Shown: piece by piece, positions 12,789 to 24,258 of the stretch
How the letters are laid out: each line of letters opens with the position of its first letter
How positions within the stretch are numbered: the first letter of the stretch is position 1
Assembly (NCBI RefSeq): GCF_001194135.2
Contig: NC_068999.1
Coordinates: 16,746,476-16,810,475, forward strand
Direction of reading: 5' to 3'
From: Octopus bimaculoides
Lineage: Eukaryota
DNA length: 64,000 nt
Notes under the pieces: generated by a model
The model's database searches: none
What the model was told of the DNA's origin: nothing
The model's input: only the letters and a program-made list of their open reading frames with translations
Position numbers and translations under genes: made by a program

Positions 12789-14040
12789 CATATACATATT
12801 AAATAAATATTATATCACATTAATTCTTTGATAACATAAAATGTGTGCATTTATGTGTCTGTGTAAGTACCTTGTGTGTATTTAAGAATGTATTTATGTG
12901 TGTGTTTGTGTGTGCCTGTATATATCTATGGATGTATGTAACTATGTATGCATATATGTATGGAAATGTTTTGACACATTGAGCAGGTACCAATGATAAG
13001 TCCTCGCCTGGGAAAAGCAAATGCAATTCTGAGATGATGAAATCGAAGTGATTAAGGACTAAAGGCATATAGAAATTCAACTAATTCCAGTTTTCTGAAG
13101 TTTTGAAGAAGCGCAATGGTGTTAAACAAAGGATAATAAGCGCACTTCGTTTTTGTGGCCAGTGAAATATTGGAACGTCAATCGAATAATTTGCGCAAAT
13201 CATTTTGATTTATGAATTTTAATCCTCATAGGTTAGGTCAAATTTGTCCTTCATACTCCCAGGATCGATAAATAAAATATTGGAGTCGATTGCTGCTTCT
13301 GTTTTCCCACTCTTCCGTTTAATCTTCTTTCCTCCTTTTCTCTCGTCCTGCTTTCCTCTCTCTTTCTCTGTGAGAATATGATATGTGGCTCTGTGAAAAG
13401 TTAGTACAAAACCACTCAGTATCCCGTTACTCTAAAAATTGGAGGAGAAAATCCTGTGGTTTTAGGAGAACGTTCTCATCTAGAATGCCACAAATAACAA
13501 CCTAAAGATACAATAGAACATTCTAGGACACCAAAGGCACTATAGAACACTAACAACACTATAGCCTAAAGACAATATAGAAGGTGTCGGGACCATAACT
13601 TTCTAGGATACAATATAGATTGTTTTTTTTTTTATATAAGGAGAGAAATAATATTTATTGTTGCTCAATCACAAAAATTACCTAATAGAGTCTCTCTGTA
13701 TGTGAGAGGTTTTGGCTGCTGTTTCTACCAGGTCGAGAAACCAGAAACCCTATTTAGGTCATAATTAGTACAATCAAGGGATGGCCCTCACGTGAGTGGT
13801 ATAGAGGAATCCGATACAGAGAAGAAACCCTAAGTATCGATATTGTTTTATGCATAACATGTCACTAAGATCGATTCGTCTTTGCATTATCATTATGCTA
13901 ATATTATACTGAGGCGATTAGAGTAATTTGGTACAAAGATAAACTCTCCTTGTTTTAAAACAAAACTCTCTTCCCCTCTATCTTTGTCTCTCCCATATGT
14001 ATATTCACATTCACACAAACACATACATATATTACCATAC

Positions 14041-14084
<44 letters not shown>

Positions 14085-14280
14085 NNNNNNNNNNNNNNNN
14101 NNNNNNNNNNNNNNNNNNNNNNNNNNNNNNNNNNNNNNNNNNNNNNNNNNNNNNNNNNNNNNNNNNNNNNNNNNNNNNNNNNNNNNNNNNNNNNNNNNNN
14201 NNNNNNNNNNNNNNNNNNNNNNNNNNNNNNNNNNNNNNNNNNNNNNNNNNNNNNNNNNNNNNNNNNNNNNNNNNNNNNNN

Positions 14281-14320
<40 letters not shown>

Positions 14321-14370
14321 TAATGGTATGACAACAAAAGAATTAAGGAAACCTCGATATTATGTAAATA

Positions 14371-14623
14371 GAAAAATTTATCTGTAATATATTTGACAAT
14401 CATTCGGTTGCTATAATAAAACTCCGAGTTTCGAATGTCAGTGCGGGAATCTGCTCCGGCATCCCGTCAGTTATCAAGGCAATCAAACAATGTTATGACA
14501 ATGATTTTTTTATTGCCTTGATAACTGACGAGTTGCCGGAGCAGATTTCCGTCCCGACATCCGAAACTCAGAGTTTTATTATAGCAACCGAATTATTGTC
14601 ACATATATCACAGATAAATTTTC
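14371..14623. mobile_element. Foldback MITE with MULE/Mutator-like 9-bp TSD
   Basis: Inverted arms of about 120 bp with few mismatches around a spacer of about 20 bp. Ends are GAAAAATTTATCTG...CAGATAAATTTTC. Flanks ATGTAAATA (14362-14370) and AAGTAAATA (14624-14632) match at 8 of 9 positions. Confidence 0.75.
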
Positions 14624-14902
14624 AAGTAAATAATCAAGTACCTGTATTCTTGGAGAATTACGTTAATCAAAACAATTGTAGCAAATAATAAATAAATGTC
14701 CAGCCGTACTCCTTCTTCCTGACTACAATTTCTTCAATTTTATTTTCACGCATGACGAATGCCCAAATTTAAATTTGGAAGTATATAATAATACTACCGA
14801 CAGTACTGGGTAATTCTGAAGGTGGGATGCGCTTTATACTGCACTCTACCACGTTTCCAATGGAAGAAAGCATAATCATACGTACACACACGCACACACA
14901 CT

Positions 14903-14956
<54 letters not shown>

Positions 14957-15220
14957 TGCACACACAAATGTGCGTAAATTTATTTGTATTTGTTCACGTA
15001 TATACATACAATCAACATTTTATTGTTGCAGGGACTAAAGATCTATCGATCAATGTTTGATGCGAATACAGCACAGGAAGAGCATAAAGCAATTTCGACT
15101 CCTAACTCTATAAGCAATTCGAATATAGATTTAGGAGGCGTAGGCTTTTGACGAGTAAAATATTTCTACAAGAGAGAAATATCAATAAAAGTGATGTGAT
15201 ATTGAAAACTGACTCTTTTG

Positions 15221-15333
15221 CTACCAGTATGACATGTTGAAATCCCAGATCTCAACATTGAAATTTGAATAGTGTCTCCTGTCCATTGAACCCTTATTGA
15301 AATTTAAGCTTTCATACACCGGAAAATCGGAAA
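15221..15333 (-). CDS. Candidate coding exon, unknown protein
   Basis: Pyrimidine-rich acceptor ttacgttctcctctgtttgacag, then the only long open frame, (x)SDFPVYESLNFNKGSMDRRHYSNFNVEIWDFNMSYW*. The other two frames stop within 8 codons. No homology recognised. Confidence 0.25.
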
Positions 15334-15497
15334 CTGTCAAACAGAGGAGAACGTAATAAATTACATACTCTGTTCCTGCCTCCCATACTCTCTCTCCCAC
15401 GCATACACATACGCCCTTTCTCTCTCTCACGCATACATACACACACACATATATGTACGCATAAGTGTACATATACATAAATCCAATCCAAACTATG

Positions 15498-15537
<40 letters not shown>

Positions 15538-15914
15538 ATATATATATATATATATATATAAATATGTATGAATGTATGTATATGTGTGTGTAAATGTAAA
15601 CTAGTATGTGTGTGTACGTGTGCGCTGGTACATGAAAATTGTTATAGTCTCTTCATTTCACTGTCAAATAGGTTTCTGTATGTCTTTGTAGGAGTGAGAA
15701 GGAATGTGTGTGTGTGTTTCTGTATGCGCACGTATGCAGGTGGATGTATATATATATATATGTATATATATATGCACACATGCATATGTATACATATATA
15801 TACATGCATATATATGTATATATATATATATATATGTATATATATTTACATATATATATATATAAATACATGTATATATACATACATACACACCTACATA
15901 CATACATACATACG

Positions 15915-16073
15915 CGCATGCGGAGCTGTGTGGTAAAAAGTTTACTTCCCAGTCACATGGTTCCGAATTCAGTCCCACAACGTGGCACCTTGTGCAAGTG
16001 TCGTCTACTATAGCCTCGGGCCGATCAAAGCCTTGTGAGTGGATTTGTTAGACAGAAACTGAAAGAAGTCTGT

Positions 16074-16080
<7 letters not shown>
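15915..16080 (+). mobile_element. SINE family B (CORE-like), 5' half
   Basis: GCTGTGTGGTAAAAAGTTTACTTCCCAGTCACATGGTTCCGAATTCAGTCCCAC...GGCACCTTGTGCAAGTG...TAGCCTCGGGCCGATCAAAGCCTTGTGAGTGGATTTG...GAAACTGAAAGAAG, running into (TA)n(TG)n. Confidence 0.8.
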
Positions 16081-16112
<32 letters not shown>

Positions 16113-16117
16113 GTGTA

Positions 16118-16173
<56 letters not shown>

Positions 16174-16701
16174 TATGTATCTATGTATGCATACATTACA
16201 TAATTATGTAAACACATATATAAGTACCCGCACGTACCACGTAACCACACATATAACTATATTTATACGTGAGCTTGTTTACTACGTATATGAGCATCAG
16301 TGCGGGTATTTAGGCATATATAATGTAGACATTAATATTTCTGTGTTAAGAGAGTAATTTGAGACACCATAGACGAAGAATTTACAGGAATTTCAACGGA
16401 AATTCTATTCAATTTCGTTTTCTATTGCGAACATCAGATATCTCTTGTAACCTGATATTTTGCTGAGAATAACTCTTACCTATTCCTCTTAACGTGCACA
16501 TGAAGATAGTTAAAGAGAATCAAGTGTCCTACTGAGATAATAATAACTGGTTCGAAAGCATGTTAAGGGCCCTAGAAATTCTTTTCTCGTTAGAAAATTT
16601 ACTTTTACATACAAGCATGAGCAAAAGCACACTCACACGGCACATACGAGTACATGTCTGTGTATGTGTATTATTCATACATATATATTCATGTATGTAT
16701 G

Positions 16702-16763
<62 letters not shown>

Positions 16764-16798
16764 TTGTGTGTGTGTGTGTGTGTGTGTGNNNNNNNNNN

Positions 16799-16875
<77 letters not shown>

Positions 16876-17174
16876 GTGTGTGTGCGTGCGTGCGTATAAA
16901 TATTTCTGTGTATGTATAAGTGTACAAGCAGGGTGCGATGCGCAAACTGTTGCCATTTTATACTAATTAGTTTTGCTCTTGCGCATTGTTTGATTTTGAT
17001 TTTGTTGACTACACAATATAGTAGGGTCACTCGGGCACTCTCTGTGTGAAAAACAGCAACATGGAGCAATTCACTCAGCCAGAAATTTCGAAACAGCAAG
17101 CTGTAATGCTTGGCATTCGCGCTGGGAGCTCCAGTAAAAGCAGATGGTGTACATACGGAACAATCGTTGACATG

Positions 17175-17468
17175 CACAGTTGACCAAGAGACCAACAAAA
17201 CTCCTTGTAACACCAAACATGAAATGCAGGCAGGATTACGGCAGCATTCGCCATCTTACACAGGATGACCGTTCAGAAGTGTTGCAGGAGTTTCTGAAGT
17301 GATGAGGAGGCTGTGGCTTAAGCCAATGGCGATTTTATTAAATAAATTTACTCTTTAGTTTTTCAAGATATTTATATATAATTTTGGTAAATATATTTGT
17401 TAAAAAGAGACATCAGTGTTATTTTCATTTTTGCATAATTGAGATGACAATATATTCACCGCACCCTG
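17175..17468 (+). mobile_element. 3' end of a second maT-like copy
   Basis: ACCAACAAAACTCCTTGTAACACCAAA...GGCGATTTTATTAAATAAATTTACTC... is collinear with the reverse complement of 130-420, and it ends CACCCTG|TA at 17462-17470. Confidence 0.85.
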
Positions 17469-17574
17469 TATATTCTTTTATTCTCCTATGAGTTTCAACC
17501 CATGGGCTGTGGTCAAACTGGGGCGCTACCAGCGTAATTACATTTTCAATGGACATTGTTATACGACTGGCTCT

Positions 17575-17735
17575 TGGTGAAGGACGGAGTTCGGCATCGT
17601 TGCTCTCTGTTTCTTGCCGTGGTGTAGGTTCATCTCGGACATTGGACAGCAGGGGTTAAGCTCTTACTTGAAATCCTCAATAGGCCCTGGAACTGCCAGA
17701 GCACGCAATTTCGGCCTTCCTTTGCCTTGTCAATG
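17575..17735 (-). mobile_element. 3' terminal fragment of a CR1/L2-like LINE
   Basis: Minus strand reads, across frameshifts, FK*EL..LLSNVRDEPTPRQET..RATMPNSVLHQ. This resembles the FKxxLDxxLSxVPDEP C-terminus of CR1-type ORF2. Confidence 0.55.
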
Positions 17736-18944
17736 GCAGAAGTTGTTGACACTTCTGGCGGTGGTAACGAACAATTTCATATTGCTAGCGATATGAACAC
17801 GAGTCCATATGTGAGACTCTCATGGGAACTAACGCAGTATTCTGTGTTCTAACATAACACCCACTTTTAAATGGGGGTAAATATATATCGATAAGTATAT
17901 TAAACATACACACACACGCACACACATATATATGTATATACGGCTATGTATTTAAGAAATGTTTTGTAAAGAATACCAAAAGATCTCATAAGACTCGTAT
18001 TTCTGATATTAAAACAACAGGAAACCCATCAGTTAGCATAAGATAAAGAAACATACGAAAGTATACAAAATCTAACAAAGAAACTGAGTCATTTAAAACG
18101 GATGTTTTTGATAAATCTGTAGCAATTTTCGAAGTAGTTTAAGAATCAATTTTTTAACTTTAAAGAATTCTAACAAGTTTAGCCCGAAATCTTTACACTG
18201 GGGACATAAGCATTTATAAGTGGCTTTATATTTATTAAAACCCACCAGAATACCCAAGAAAAGCACTAGAATCGTTCAAACGACCATCACTTTGTCTTCG
18301 AGATAAAGAAATTAAGGATGAAATTAAAGGAGATAAAATGATTTCACATGTAACTCTTTCTGTGCCTTTCGACAATGCACCATTTACACCAATAAGTCTG
18401 AAGGTAGGCTGGACCGATGCTACATTAAAAGAAGCATCACTATGCATCTAGATACTACTACCACTAATTATGTTGCTGCTATTTCTGAGAGTGGTGAGGC
18501 TTCTACGAGCACAGACATTGCGTTCACCACCGTCAATGCAATCACTATGTCTACCACGCTGTTACCCTGCTTGTATCTCCGCACTTACGATCCTACTATA
18601 ATAACTAACTCTATTAGCATCATTTTCTCTAATATCAACACCGTTGGTGATACTCCTATCCCAGAAAATACATAGTGATCTCTGGTTTCTATTGCCTCGT
18701 TATCACTTATTACTTCTGTACATGGCTGACTTACCTAAAATATATGTGGAATTAGTTATTAGATCTCACTCTGCATTATAAGTAGCACTCCAATTTATTA
18801 CTATATTTTTTTGTTTATTTTTACTAGTAATGATGCAGTTATTGTTATTAATGCTCCCACTGGCCATTTAATGAATCTAAGTATTCGCTTCGAATGTATC
18901 ATTTTTGCGGTTTGGGAAATATTTAGCTGCTATTTATAAAATCT

Positions 18945-19110
18945 GTGATGGCGCATGGCCAGGTGGTTAGAGTGTTAAACTCACAATCAATGTGGATCAG
19001 GAGGTAACTTGTTTTCAAGGTTAAAACACTTCATTTCATGTTACTCCATTCCAATCATCTGTAAATAAGTCAACTCGCAACAGACTGGCATCCCGTTGAG
19101 AAATGCTGCC
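18945..19110 (+). mobile_element. Degenerate tRNA-derived SINE (related to 60066-60400)
   Basis: GGCGCATGGCCAGGTGGTTAGAGTGTTAAACTCACAATC head is similar to the 60400 copy. Downstream are ACTTCATTTCATGTTACTCCATT...CTGTAAATAAGT and GACTGGCATCCCGT. Confidence 0.55.
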
Positions 19111-19700
19111 ATCGTGATCGTTTATTTACCATGGGCAAGGAATAGGCCCTATCTATATAAGAAGACCCGATATAGAAACGTCCAGTATTTATAGCATATA
19201 TAATATTCATGTAAACGTTTTCTCACACGGTTTTACTAAGTTGAATAACAGTTTCATTACATCCACACATAAATAGAGTTATATTACCTTATTCTAACGT
19301 CACTATATATTAGTTACGTCGAACAAACGAGAAAAAGTTTACTAACAAGTTTAGTTAAAATATGAGAAAATTCAATTTGGAAGAACATCTAGAAATTTTT
19401 ATTTCTCAGTAAACAGATTCGATTTAATGGTAAATCAATGAAAGTATGTTGTTTTCGAAAATTCACTTTCGCTATAATTATTAATAAGAAATATATTTAC
19501 ATACTGCTAAATAGACACCATTTTGTTTTTTACTGTAATCCAATAAAAAATATTCATCCACTATGTATGAATGTATATATATATATATATGCTTATCTAC
19601 ATGTATGTGTATAAGTATATAGAAATATATATATGTATATAGATACGTATATACATGTATATGGATACGTATATACATGTATATGTATGTAGATACATAT

Positions 19701-19766
<66 letters not shown>

Positions 19767-20786
19767 GTGTGTGTGTGTATATATATATATTTATATTTAT
19801 ATATGCAGGCTGTGAGAGATAGTCCTTGCTTATATTACTAACGAATGCAGACAAAGAATTAAATCAATAAAGAAATGGTTATTAAATATATATGAGTGTA
19901 TATACTTATCGGTTGAATAAAACAAATTACATACAAACATAGATATGTGCAGGCATGTTATAGAGCGTATATATATCGCTGCATATGATGCATATTGATA
20001 ACGGTATATAAACTTATATGACTATGTGTATAAAACTATATAAAAGCGAAATTCTAAACAATGCCAATGAGAGAGCTACAAATCATATACAAAAACATGC
20101 GCACACAAACAATCTCACACACACACAAAAACACATATTGTCTATGTAAGTATATATCTATGCATATACATGTGTATATAATCAAATATAGGAAAATAAT
20201 AAATATATAAAATTGATAGCAAATCGTTATTTTACAGAGGTATTAAATTTTTACGTTTCTAATGGTTGTAGTGGATGGTATATACCAACTGCTTACATAC
20301 ATACACGCATAAACAAACATACTTACATACATACATACATGCACACACACATTCTTAGATAAATACATACATAAATACATGCATACATAAGTATATACAT
20401 ACATGCATAAACAAACACATATGCATACATGAATACATGAATAAATACATACAAGCACCACACAGACATACACATGTACATGGAGATAGATTCATGAATA
20501 AAAAACACACTTTATTTCTATTTCTAAGTACATAGGCGTCTCTTAGAATTTCGATGAGCGTATACAACAATTTTTTTCTACCGCAGTGTCTATATTTATA
20601 AACATATTCTATATATATATATATATATATATAGATGTGTGTGTATGTGTGAATATGTGTGTTTATGTTTGCGTGTGTGTGTGTGCGAGCGTGCGTTAGT
20701 TTGTAGAACATTTTCAAGAACACACGATCTTGTTTCAACTCTATATCGAATATATATGAGGCTCGAATTTGTACACACACACACAC

Positions 20787-20840
20787 CTGTTAACTACAAG
20801 CATAATATAGATAGAATTCAATCGTGGCAACAAGATACTG
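20787..20840 (-). other. Candidate spliced exon (54 nt)
   Basis: Branch-like TACTGAC (20876-20870), acceptor gtttgtag and donor ACAG|gtgtgt. One open frame, SILLPRLNSIYIMLVVN. Confidence 0.25.
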
Positions 20841-21271
20841 CTACAAACATATCGGTTAGAGATAAGATCGTCAGTAAGATTAAGTAATTCATACTAATTA
20901 ATTTGTAATCTCATTACCATCGAATAATTTGCTTCAGGTGATATCGGAAATTTCTAAATATTCAATTATATATACATTGGTGTGCATGCAAATGTGCATA
21001 TATGTATATAACCATTATGCAACAATGACAAAAGATGCTGCACAACGCTTTTCATAACAGTGACACAGATATATATATAGAATATGTTTATAAATATAGA
21101 CACTGCGGTAGAAAAAAATTGTTGTGTACGCTCATCGAAATTCTAAGAGACGCCTATGTACTTAGAAATAGAAATAATGTATATTAGAGAAACTCTGATT
21201 TTATTTTTACATCTATCCATTTTTCTCTATGAAACAATCTCTCTGTCTCTCCTTGTCTCTGTGTCTCAGTT

Positions 21272-21315
<44 letters not shown>

Positions 21316-21594
21316 TATGTGTATATATTCGTATCTATTTATTTACGTATATATACATTCATATTTATGTGTGTATGTTTCATGTAGTTATGTAGGCAGG
21401 TATATATGTATCCAGTTATGCATGAAGCATATAAGCATATNNNNNNNNNNTATATATATATATACATACACATATGTGTGTTTATGTGTGTGAGCGCGCA
21501 TATACGTGTGTGTGTGTGTGTGTGTGCGTAGAACAGTCATATTCCACATATTCGAGTAAACGCATCAAGCACAGCATAATCGATGTTTGCTTAC

Positions 21595-21624
21595 ACATAA
21601 ATGTAGATCAGGAAAAATTAATTT
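21595..21624 (-). other. Candidate spliced exon (30 nt)
   Basis: Strong acceptor ctttcttgtttctcacag and donor TGT|gtaagc. The only open frame is KLIFPDLHLC (phase 0/0). Confidence 0.3.
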
Positions 21625-23404
21625 CTGTGAGAAACAAGAAAGCTTCATTGTGTAACATTTAAAGACAGTGACCAACGGAATAAGGGAAATTCAGATTTGA
21701 AGGTGATAATGCGAATATAAATGTGTACATAGAAATTGTATACGCAATTCAATTAGAAACGTAACTTCATGTCCCAGCAAATAGAATATTTATATCTAGG
21801 TTAATGTATAGTATATTTGTTTGTTTTCCATCTATCATTCTGTATGTGATATAGTTATTATACAATGGGAGCGTGTCCCTTCTTCAATTCCTGATCCCCG
21901 AAAAGTTTGAATCCCCACCTTGCTAATTTGAATAAAGTAGATAACTTTTTTTTAAACAGATCTCGCATTCTTTCTTTAATAATCTCTATTGCATGAAATC
22001 CTTCTAAGTATTCTTCGAAATATAGATACTAGAACACAAAAAATACAATGACCTCATTTAATGTAATTGTCTATGCACAAACTCATCTCCACATTAAGAA
22101 ATGAATTAGGATTCGTTATGTAGACAACACCATAACACACAATCTCAAAATTATGAATGATATACCTCTAGAATAATGAAAATGTTGCTATATAGTGATT
22201 TTATTCCATGGAAAGCAAATCGGTTTGCTGATTCACCCAGCCAGAAATACTGAACTTTTAACATAAATATAATAAATACTATAAACAGGAACACTCGAGC
22301 ATTTTCTTATCAACATAAATTATTCCACTCGATAACTTACAATCAACCATTCCTGTCTAGAAAATACACTTTCCCTGTGCACGCAACACAATTGAAAACA
22401 TACAAACATATAGCGATTATTGTTACACCTAAATCTTAACGGCTAAACTTCACGTATTTTCTCAGGTAGAACATTTTAACTTTTCAAGGTATGGATATAT
22501 AGATCAACGATAACAACTCTCAGTCGTATTGAAATGACAGCAAACCCATTTAAGAATTGTTGTTATCTGCGTTTGTGTTAATTCAGGTCAATGGAAAGAA
22601 ATATATTGAGTCCCTTTCTTCCAGTTAATCTGAACACTCGGACTCCATGGATCGAATATACATAAGCAACATGGTACATCATATATGAAGGTACACCTTC
22701 CTGAACAAATTCCGAAAACGCAATCAAAATATTTTGAATTGTGTTCTGATTTTACAACAGTTAGAAATACACTAATTCTAGGATAGGATATAACGAGTCG
22801 ACTTCGACATATCTCCGAGATACTGATACAAATATTAAGTTATAATAATGATATGGTTGTTACCATTCCAGAAGGTCACCAATCTAGAGCACGATTTTGT
22901 TTGCAGCATTTACTTCTACCAGTAACAACACATACAGTTCCTCAAATATAAGACCAAGTGGCTCTCTACTGAGCTGTAGACATTTAGTGCCGTACTTCAC
23001 CAACATTGTTTGAACGATTAACTACGTTTACACTGTGCGTGAAATGCTGAATATCAACCGGACTGAAACATTAACTCATATGTATATATGTATGTATGTA
23101 TGAAGGAATGAATGCATAGAGGGTTATATGCGTGTTTATGTGTGAGAGCGTTTGCACTTTTATGCGCTAGCATGAAAGTAGAAAGCAACAGTGAGGGAGA
23201 TTTAGAAAATGATAGAGAGATATGCTTATAGAACTTACAATACACACGCATTTTAGTCAGCAGTATTGAAATATGTATCATTAATAAAATGTCTCAGCAG
23301 TGGACAGTGGTCAGTCAAAGTAATTGTATAAGCTCTTGAAAATATTTTTATCATTACCGTAGATGTCCCAATTAACGAAAATTTCGACAGTCCTCTCACT
23401 CCCT

Positions 23405-23740
23405 GCCTCTCTATCTATCTATCTATTTGACTGTCTATCTATCTAACTATCTATCTATCTGTCTATTTGACTGTCTATCTATCTGTCTATTTGACTGTCT
23501 ATCTATCTGTCTGTTTGACTATCTGTCTGTTTGACTATCTATCTGACTGTCTATCTATCTATCTATCTGACTGTCTATCTATCTATCTATCTGACTGTCT
23601 ATCTATCTATCTATCTGACTGTCTATCTATCTATCTAACTGTCTATCTATCTATCTATCTAACTGTCTATCTATATCTATCTATCTAACTGTCTACGTAT
23701 CTATCTGTCTGTCTGTCTATCTATCTATCTGTCTGTCTAG
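23405..23740. repeat. Compound (CTAT)n/(CTGT)n tetranucleotide array
   Basis: Repeating blocks of ctat x2-4 separated by ctgactgt or ctaactgt. Confidence 0.95.
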
Positions 23741-24126
23741 ATACATTGACATGTGTATATATACATTTACATATATATATACACAAGTACATAATACAAG
23801 CATACATACATACATATGTATATATGTATAGACAAAGTAATTGCTTGAGCTTTCGTTTATCCGAGATAGTCATCAAAAGATCATCAATCAATCACTTTCA
23901 TATACTTCCTTTGCAGTTCTCCATAGAAGTGAAATATTTAGCTATTGGTAATGTATTCTGCTGGCTTACATGTGTGTTTGTACGTGTACGTGTATGTGTA
24001 TATGTATATACATACACACATATACGTACATACATATTCAACATACATATATGTATACATTGGGCTGCTACAGAATGTCAAGCAATCAAATTCCATGACA
24101 GTGATGGAATAAAATAATGATTAAAA

Positions 24127-24258
24127 TTTTTCACTAGGCCAGCAATTTCGGAGCTCAGGGAAAATTCTATTACATAGACACCCCCCCCCCCCATGTTCAA
24201 CTACTACTTATTTTATCGACCCCGAAAGAACAACTTAAAGTCGACATCGCCAAGCATT
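24127..24258 (-). mobile_element. SINE family A, 3' half
   Basis: AGGCCAGCAATTTC...TTTTATCGACCCCGAAAG...AAAGTCGAC. Confidence 0.7.

Noticed and set aside
16710-16870. Identical interrupted (TG)n pattern on both sides of a 10-N gap
   Set aside because: Most likely overlapping contig ends, an assembly artefact.
18442-18675. 77-aa Thr/Ser-rich ORF
   Set aside because: Derived from decayed (ACT/ACC)-type triplet repeats.
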